A stretch of DNA of 11,483 nt from Armatimonadota bacterium. GTDB lineage: Bacteria; Armatimonadota; Armatimonadia; Armatimonadales; Armatimonadaceae. Shown here piece by piece: positions 6,219 through 11,483 of this stretch. A model generated the notes under the pieces. That model had not been told where the DNA came from. It searched no databases and worked only from the letters and a program-made list of their open reading frames with translations. Both the position numbers and the translations under genes were made by a program. The stretch's first letter is position 1; every line of letters begins with the position of its first letter. Location of the stretch: positions 1 through 11,483 of the forward strand of contig JAYUUO010000162.1 of NCBI GenBank assembly GCA_043754515.1, read 5' to 3'.

Positions 6219-7111
6219 TTACGGTCGCGACGGCCCCGGATCAACCGGCTTAGGGTCGCCGCTTGGCTTAGTGCCGTCGCCTGGCTTGGGCGCATCCCCT
6301 GGTTTCGGCGCGCCGGTGGTGGTGGCCGATTGCCGCAACTGCGTGATACGGTCGCGAACCGCGGCGTCGTCGTCGGCTTTCGGTAACAGTTCGAGATACT
6401 TCTCGAAATCGCTCGCCGAGTTCGTGTTGTCGTTTAATAGCGCGTAAGCGTTGCCGCGTTTGTAAAAACTCTCGGCATAACTCGGGTCGAGCTAGATCGC
6501 GGACGTATAGTCGGGGATGGCTTTATCATACTGCTTCAACTGGACGTAGGTAAAACCCCGGTTGAGAAACCCACCCCGGTTCTTGGGATAATCACGTACC
6601 GCCTTCGTGTAATCCGCGATCGCGTTGTCATACTGCTTCAGGTTCGAAGTAGGCGATCCCCCGGTCGTAGAACGCGTCCTCGAACACCGGATCAATCCCG
6701 ATCACAGCCGTTAAATCGGAGAGCGCCTTGTCGTTCTCGATTCAGCGTGAGGTACGTATTTCCCCGGTTGAAGAAGGGAGACGCACTTTTGGCGTCGAGT
6801 GCCAACGCCTTGTTGTAATCCGCAATCGCCTTGCTATACTGTTTGAGTCCGTCATAGCAGATGCCACGGCGGTTATACGCCTCTGCGTAACCGGGACGCA
6901 GACGGATGGCGGTCGTATACCGGGCGGTGGCCTTCTTGTATTGCCTAATACTTTCGAGGTCTTCCCCCTTGCTAAACGCCGCGTCGGAGGCCGATTTATT
7001 AGAAACGGCTGGCTTCGTTTTCTTGACGACTGGCTTCGAGGCGATAGCAGGAACCGATGCCAGCGCGCCGACGACGAGGAGCAGAACGGCGGAGCGGGAA
7101 AGGTGCCCCAT
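6219..7111 (-). pseudogene. Secreted tetratricopeptide-repeat protein (6 TPRs plus Pro/Lys/Gly tail), disrupted by two +1 frameshifts and an in-frame TAG
   Basis: Signal-like start MGHLSRSAVLLLVVGALASVPAIA at 7111 (alternative ATG 7162). Removing one base near 6739 and one near 6645 and reading through TAG 6494-6492 gives consecutive 34-aa TPRs, ending at TAA 6221-6219. Confidence 0.85.
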
Positions 7112-7331
7112 GATCCGGTTCGGCGTGGAATGGGGACTGAGTGAATTTTTGTTTGGACGCATGTTGTGACGCTTTCAGGGGTCACGCGAAGGGGAGCGGC
7201 GAATAACTCGCGGGATGATCTCGCCTTCCCGATGCCCATAGCTCATCGTACCGTGACGGCACTCTCTCCAAACCAGATTTATCAGGCCCACGTGGAAGTT
7301 CGTGGCGACGCGCCATATCGCCTAAACCGGA

Positions 7332-7347
7332 TACAATAGGCTGGAGG
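7332..7347 (+). promoter_or_regulatory. Putative -10 box and ribosome-binding site
   Basis: TACAAT at 7332-7337; GGAGG at 7343-7347, 7 nt before ATG 7355. Confidence 0.5.
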
Positions 7348-7354
7348 ATAGCAA

Positions 7355-7753
7355 ATGAGTTTTGAACTGGGTGCGTTCTACACACGCGACGAAATTAACG
7401 CGGTGATCGGTAGCAAGGAAACAATGCCGTTCCTCGCGGTGAGCGAAGGTAAAATCGTGGGGGCCTTCCTGACCGACGAGTTGAACCGCAAGGCACCGAG
7501 GCTGATCTACGTCGGCACGGGACCGAACCGCGCCCGCCGCGCCGAGCAGCTCGCGACGCAGGAAGAGGCGATCCCGGTTTTCCGCAAAGGGAATAAGGGC
7601 GGCGCGTATGCGACCCGATTCGAGTACGTCGGCAACTGGGTCTGCGAGAAGTATGACACCGACGAGCAAATGATCCTGACCGCGCAGGAAGACAGCCCGA
7701 AGGCCATCGCCGGGGTGCTATGTATGCGCGAGGTGAAGCAGAGCAAGGTGTAA
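7355..7753 (+). CDS. Small hypothetical protein, SRA-like/DUF6697-like domain
   Basis: 132 aa with a good RBS. FELGAFYTRDEINAVIG, LN.KAP.LIYVG.GP and IPVFRK...FEYVGNW recall SRA/PUA-like modules. The CDS is well supported; the family call is tentative. Confidence 0.75.
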   Translation: MSFELGAFYTRDEINAVIGSKETMPFLAVSEGKIVGAFLTDELNRKAPRLIYVGTGPNRARRAEQLATQEEAIPVFRKGNKGGAYATRFEYVGNWVCEKYDTDEQMILTAQEDSPKAIAGVLCMREVKQSKV

Positions 7754-7771
7754 AAGGTAACCCACGCGTTC

Positions 7772-9373
7772 ATGGCTCCTTTCTCTTTCTCGACCGAGCC
7801 GGACGCGGTCGGTGTGTGGGGTCAGATCACGCTAACCGCGACCGCGACCGATCCTCATCCCGCCGATGTAAACCCGTTCACCGACCTGGTGCTTTACGGC
7901 ATCTTTACCGACCCTTCCGGCGATAGCACCACCGTGAGCGGCTTCTGCGACGATCGGGACGGCGGGACGTTCCGCGTCCGCTTCATGGCGCGAATAGCCG
8001 GGGTGCATGAATACCGGCTCACCCTCTCGGCGCGGGGCGAGGTTGCGGCGACGGCGCGGGGCGCGTTCACAGTGAATCCGAATCCCGCCGCTTTCGCGCC
8101 GGTCGTGCCCGACCCCGAACATCCGTGGCATTTCGTTCATCGCGGCACGAACCAGCACTTCTTCCAGAACGGCGTCACGGCGTACGCCATCCTCGGACTG
8201 CGCGAGGACCTGATGATCCGCGCCCTGGACCGGCTCGCGGGGCACGGCGTGAACCGCATCCGCTTCGCGCTTTCGATGGCGCGGGTGCCGAGCGCGCGGG
8301 AGTGGTTCGAGCCGGTGGACGCGTCGGACGACTTCACGTTCCTGCTCAACCCCTGGGTCGCCGCCGCCCCCGAAGCCGTGGCCGTGCCCGGCTTCGACAC
8401 CACCCGCTTCAACATCGCGTTCTGGCGAAAGGTGGAGCGGCTTCTGACGGCGTGCCGGGAGCGCGGCATCGTGGCGTCCATCATCTTCTACGTTGACGGC
8501 GTGCGCCCCGGCGTTGATCCGTTCAGCAAGGAGCACGCGGGCGGGGACGACGAGAAGCGGTTCTACGCCTACGCCGCCGCGCGCCTGTCGTCGTTCTCGA
8601 ATATCCAGTGGGACGTCACGAACGAGTACCGCCTGTTTCGGGACGAGGCGTGGGTGCGCGAGATGGCACCGTTCCTGAAAGCCTGTGACCCGTATAATCA
8701 CACAATGTCTGTACACGGGCACGGCGACTTCCGCTTCTACGGCGAGCCGTGGTGCGACTACGCCTGCTACCAGTCGTGGGACGAGTACGGCGGCTATGAC
8801 TTCATGATCAAGAACCGCGCCCTGCAAATCGCGTCGGGGGCGATCGTGCCGCAGGTGAACGAGGAGTACGGCTACGAGGATCACTACCCGCAGGGCTGGG
8901 GCGAGTCGCGCGTCGCGCCGTCTCGGGACGCGGAATCCCGGCGGCGGATCGCGTGGGAGATTTACATGGCGGGCGGCTACCAGACGACCGGCGAGACGGC
9001 TCCCCCGCTCGGCGGCTGGCTGAACGGCCTCGCGCCGGACGACCACGCCGCGATGCTGGACGGCAACCACCGGGCACGCCGGTTCTTCGAGTCGTTCGAC
9101 TGGTGGCGGTGCGACCCGTCCCCAGACGTGATCGCGGAAGGCTCGGCGAAGGCGTACTGCCTCGCCGAACCGGGCAAGGTGTACGCGCTCTGGCTCCCGA
9201 ACGGCGGATCGGTGACGCTGAACCTGCCCGAGGGCGCGTCGCTTTCGGCGCGGTGGTACGACCCGCGCTCGAACGCTGGATTCGGGGAGGCGATGCCGAT
9301 GAATGGCGGGGCCGCGCCGCTCACGTCGCCGAATAGCGATGGCGACTGGGCGGTTCTGGTTCGCGCGGTTTAG
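7772..9373 (+). CDS. DUF5060 + DUF4038 (apiosidase-like, GH140-related) glycoside hydrolase with C-terminal beta domain
   Basis: 533 aa. N-terminal NPFTD...FTDPSG....VSGFCD..DGGTFRVRFM (DUF5060-like). TIM-barrel motifs GVNRIRF, FNIAFWRKVE, WDVTNEY and VNEEYGYE. C-terminal YCLAEPGKVYALW...ARWYDPR...DWAVLV. Confidence 0.88.
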   Translation: MAPFSFSTEPDAVGVWGQITLTATATDPHPADVNPFTDLVLYGIFTDPSGDSTTVSGFCDDRDGGTFRVRFMARIAGVHEYRLTLSARGEVAATARGAFTVNPNPAAFAPVVPDPEHPWHFVHRGTNQHFFQNGVTAYAILGLREDLMIRALDRLAGHGVNRIRFALSMARVPSAREWFEPVDASDDFTFLLNPWVAAAPEAVAVPGFDTTRFNIAFWRKVERLLTACRERGIVASIIFYVDGVRPGVDPFSKEHAGGDDEKRFYAYAAARLSSFSNIQWDVTNEYRLFRDEAWVREMAPFLKACDPYNHTMSVHGHGDFRFYGEPWCDYACYQSWDEYGGYDFMIKNRALQIASGAIVPQVNEEYGYEDHYPQGWGESRVAPSRDAESRRRIAWEIYMAGGYQTTGETAPPLGGWLNGLAPDDHAAMLDGNHRARRFFESFDWWRCDPSPDVIAEGSAKAYCLAEPGKVYALWLPNGGSVTLNLPEGASLSARWYDPRSNAGFGEAMPMNGGAAPLTSPNSDGDWAVLVRAV

Positions 9374-9387
9374 CCCTGTGAAGACAA

Positions 9388-9456
9388 TGTGCCGGGTCAT
9401 AACCCGGCGCACACATGAAATGGGTGCCGGGGCGTTTCCGCCCCGGCACCCATTTT
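9388..9456. terminator. Twin hairpins between convergent genes; probable bidirectional terminator
   Basis: Perfect 17-bp stem AAATGGGTGCCGGGGCG (9418-9434)/CGCCCCGGCACCCATTT (9439-9455), loop TTTC (GAAA on - strand), with short T runs on both strands. Smaller stem TGTGCCGGGT/ACCCGGCGCA at 9388-9411. Confidence 0.75.
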
Positions 9457-9493
9457 GATCTTACCTTCTCTCCCCGCAACCGATTTCAAGCCA

Positions 9494-10726
9494 CTACGCG
9501 GCCTTCACGAAGCGGCGTCGGCTTACCATCCCTAGTACGCCGAGCATCCCGAAGCCGACGCCGACCAGCGAACCCGCGCCGCTTTCGGGAACGGTGACGG
9601 CACCACGGGATAGGCTCATCGTTCCGGCGTAGATGCCGTGGTTGTCGCCGTTGAACGTGTCGTTGACCGCGAGGTACAGGCTCCCGCCGCCCGCCGGTGC
9701 CGTGATAGTGGTGTCGGTGCCGACGTAGAACCAGTCGGCACTGTTCGCGGCGGGGTTCGGGTTGAACGTCCCAACTATCGCCCCGGCGCGGATGGTCGCG
9801 AGGTCGAGCGTGTCCGTAGTCGCCTTACCCGCGAACTCGAAGGCGGATGAGTTGACGTCGTAGTTCGTGCCGCCGCCGACATAGTGGTTGATGCCGTCGC
9901 CTTTGCCGCTCACGACTGGGTACACCGCGCCGTTGTTAGCGTAAGCGAACACGCCGGTCGCGGGCGCGGTTAACGAGCCGTCCGCGCGGACTTGATAGCG
10001 GCTGTCCACCAGGTCGCCGTTGCCGCCGAACTGCAAGCGGATCTGCTCGCCGCCCGCGAACGTGCCGACCTTTTGCTTGTTATCCGCGCCCGCCGTGAGG
10101 CCGAGCGACTGCGACAGCGTCTGCACTCCTGTTAGCTCATTCACCGATACGTTGTCGAGACCGATATATTGGGCTCCCGCCGTGCCCGTCAGGGTGAGCG
10201 CGGTCGTCGCGTCGGTCGCGGTGAAGGTCATCACCCTTTTTGACCATGACTGACCGGCTTGCGGCGCGTCGAGGTTGAACGTGCTGGAAACGCCGCCCAC
10301 GCTCGCCTGAATGCCCACCGATGATCCGTATGCCGTGTTCACCCCGAAGTCGAACGCAAGGCTGTACCGATGACCCGCGACTGTGGCGAGCGTCTGCGTC
10401 ACGCCGCCGAACGGCGCGGCGTCGTGGTAGCCAGTCAGGTCGAGCGAGAACTTGCCGTCGGTCGCGGAAACACCGTTGTAGTTGTTAGGCGTGTTGATCC
10501 AGGCTAACTCGGCGTTCGTGGTCGTCCAGCCGGGGATCGTGGTCGAGCCGAGGGGGACGGACTCGCCGCCGTTGCTGCCGGTGTTGTCAACCCAGGTGTT
10601 ATTGAGGTTCTCGAACGAACCGTTAGTGACCAGGTCGGCGGCGAATGCGGACGGGGCGGCGAGTGCGGCGACGGCGAGCGCGGCGGCGAATAGGCGCGGC
10701 GACAGGGTTGTGAATGATGAGCGCAT
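9494..10726 (-). CDS. PEP-CTERM sorting-signal surface protein with DUF642-like domain and a possible PA-IL/LecA-like domain
   Basis: 410 aa; signal peptide ending APSAFA; LVTNGSFE...SLDLTG...VTQTLATVAGHRYSLAF...FTAT...LDNVSV (DUF642-like); second domain GAIVG...WFYVG...GSLYLAVNDTFNGDNHG; C-terminus VPESG + hydrophobic helix + RRR. RBS GAAAGG upstream. Confidence 0.9.
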   Translation of the reverse strand: MRSSFTTLSPRLFAAALAVAALAAPSAFAADLVTNGSFENLNNTWVDNTGSNGGESVPLGSTTIPGWTTTNAELAWINTPNNYNGVSATDGKFSLDLTGYHDAAPFGGVTQTLATVAGHRYSLAFDFGVNTAYGSSVGIQASVGGVSSTFNLDAPQAGQSWSKRVMTFTATDATTALTLTGTAGAQYIGLDNVSVNELTGVQTLSQSLGLTAGADNKQKVGTFAGGEQIRLQFGGNGDLVDSRYQVRADGSLTAPATGVFAYANNGAVYPVVSGKGDGINHYVGGGTNYDVNSSAFEFAGKATTDTLDLATIRAGAIVGTFNPNPAANSADWFYVGTDTTITAPAGGGSLYLAVNDTFNGDNHGIYAGTMSLSRGAVTVPESGAGSLVGVGFGMLGVLGMVSRRRFVKAA

Positions 10727-10795
10727 TAGGAAACCTTTCTCGAACGGTCAGTGGCGTGCACTTTTCGGTAGCGCGCCGGGAGTGATCACACTTAT

Positions 10796-11155
10796 TTAAG
10801 CGGTTTTGCGGGCGCGGCGCACCACAAGACCGCCAAGCAAAGCGACACAGGGGAGCGCTAGGGCGAACGTTCCGCTTTCTGGCACGGCGGTGGCAACCCG
10901 CGACACGGTGCCGGAAACCGCTGTTACGTCGCTATTGCTGTCGCCGAAACGGTTGACGACGAAATCGAGCGATTCGCCCGCCAGCAGACCAGTGGACGTG
11001 TTGGCGGTGAATGTGTCGGGGTTCGACGACCCGTGCCCGCCTCCGCCCAGCACCGCGCCCGAAAGTGCCGTGGCGATGCCGGTTTTGTACAAGCGCACAT
11101 CCACGCCGTTGCTGTTGGCGAAGAACGCGCACAGTTGCCACGTCGCGCTGACTGT
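10796..11155 (-). pseudogene. 5'-truncated PEP-CTERM protein gene remnant
   Basis: The last ~119 aa of track ORF 10796..11413 look genuine (TVSATWQL...NGVDVRLY...LLAGESLDFVVN...VPESGTFALALPCVALLGGLVVRRARKTA). The first ~85 aa lack a signal peptide and run through the regulatory repeats. The 5' boundary is approximate. Confidence 0.65.
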
Positions 11156-11239
11156 GTGTCGCTTCGCCCGGCGCGACCGGGGCGATTGTGCTGTCGGCGG
11201 TTGGCGGGGGAAGCGCCCGATTGCGATCCCCTGGACGCC

Positions 11240-11375
11240 ATTATAGCGGGGAGGTCTTAGCAAAGTCTTAGCAGAATCGCACTGTTGCGCGGCTATTTTT
11301 TGCAAACGGTTTGCGGGATAGGCGTCAAAAGCGAGCGAAGTCTTAGCAGACGTGATTTTTCGGGACTTTTTTGCA
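11240..11375. promoter_or_regulatory. Direct-repeat operator-like region with a - strand -10 box
   Basis: GTCTTAGCA at 11254-11262, 11265-11273 and 11340-11348; TATAAT on the - strand at 11245-11240; TTTTTTGCA at 11296-11304 and 11367-11375. Confidence 0.55.
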
Positions 11376-11483
11376 GCCGTGGTAGCGTACTGCCTCATCA
11401 AGAAATCCAACATTGGGGCATCGTTGCCTCACGAACAGAATCTTACCCTATCGTGTTTCCCCCGCCGACTTTGACAAGGGAAA

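Noticed and set aside
6492..6494. Programmed amber readthrough or recoding in the TPR gene
   Set aside because: The same gene has two frameshifts, and TAG is the normal stop of several intact genes in this window.
7166..7185. GTGAC-N10-GTCAC inverted repeat, and palindrome GTGATCAC at 10782-10789
   Set aside because: Too short to distinguish from chance.
7832..9412. 526-aa antisense ORF over the glycoside hydrolase
   Set aside because: It is in exact codon register with the sense gene, Arg-rich and without motifs. This is the expected shadow of a high-GC3 gene lacking TTA/CTA/TCA codons.
11254..11350. CRISPR array or iteron origin
   Set aside because: The repeats are only 9-13 bp, three copies, irregularly spaced, with no cas or rep gene in view.

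Overview
GC-rich bacterial window; PEP-CTERM and planctomycete-type PPC proteins suggest an Armatimonadota-like host (inference). The left edge holds the left end of an IS200/IS605-family element on the - strand, missed by the ORF track, with the 5' part of a tnpB-like gene running off the window. Its guide tetranucleotide and hairpin predict a TCAT target that coincides with the ATGA start of the next gene. That gene encodes a secreted PPC/Ig-domain protein with a c-type cytochrome (CANCH) inserted into its first Ig-like domain. Next come a 30-bp perfect inverted-repeat element covering both convergent stop codons, rseP and dxr (- strand), and a divergent Uma2 endonuclease. These are followed by a six-TPR gene broken by two +1 frameshifts and an amber codon, a small SRA/DUF6697-like protein, a DUF5060/DUF4038 (GH140-like) glycoside hydrolase, and a bidirectional terminator. 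The window ends with one intact and one 5'-truncated PEP-CTERM gene and a region of GTCTTAGCA direct repeats. All family calls are by-eye motif recognition, not database searches.
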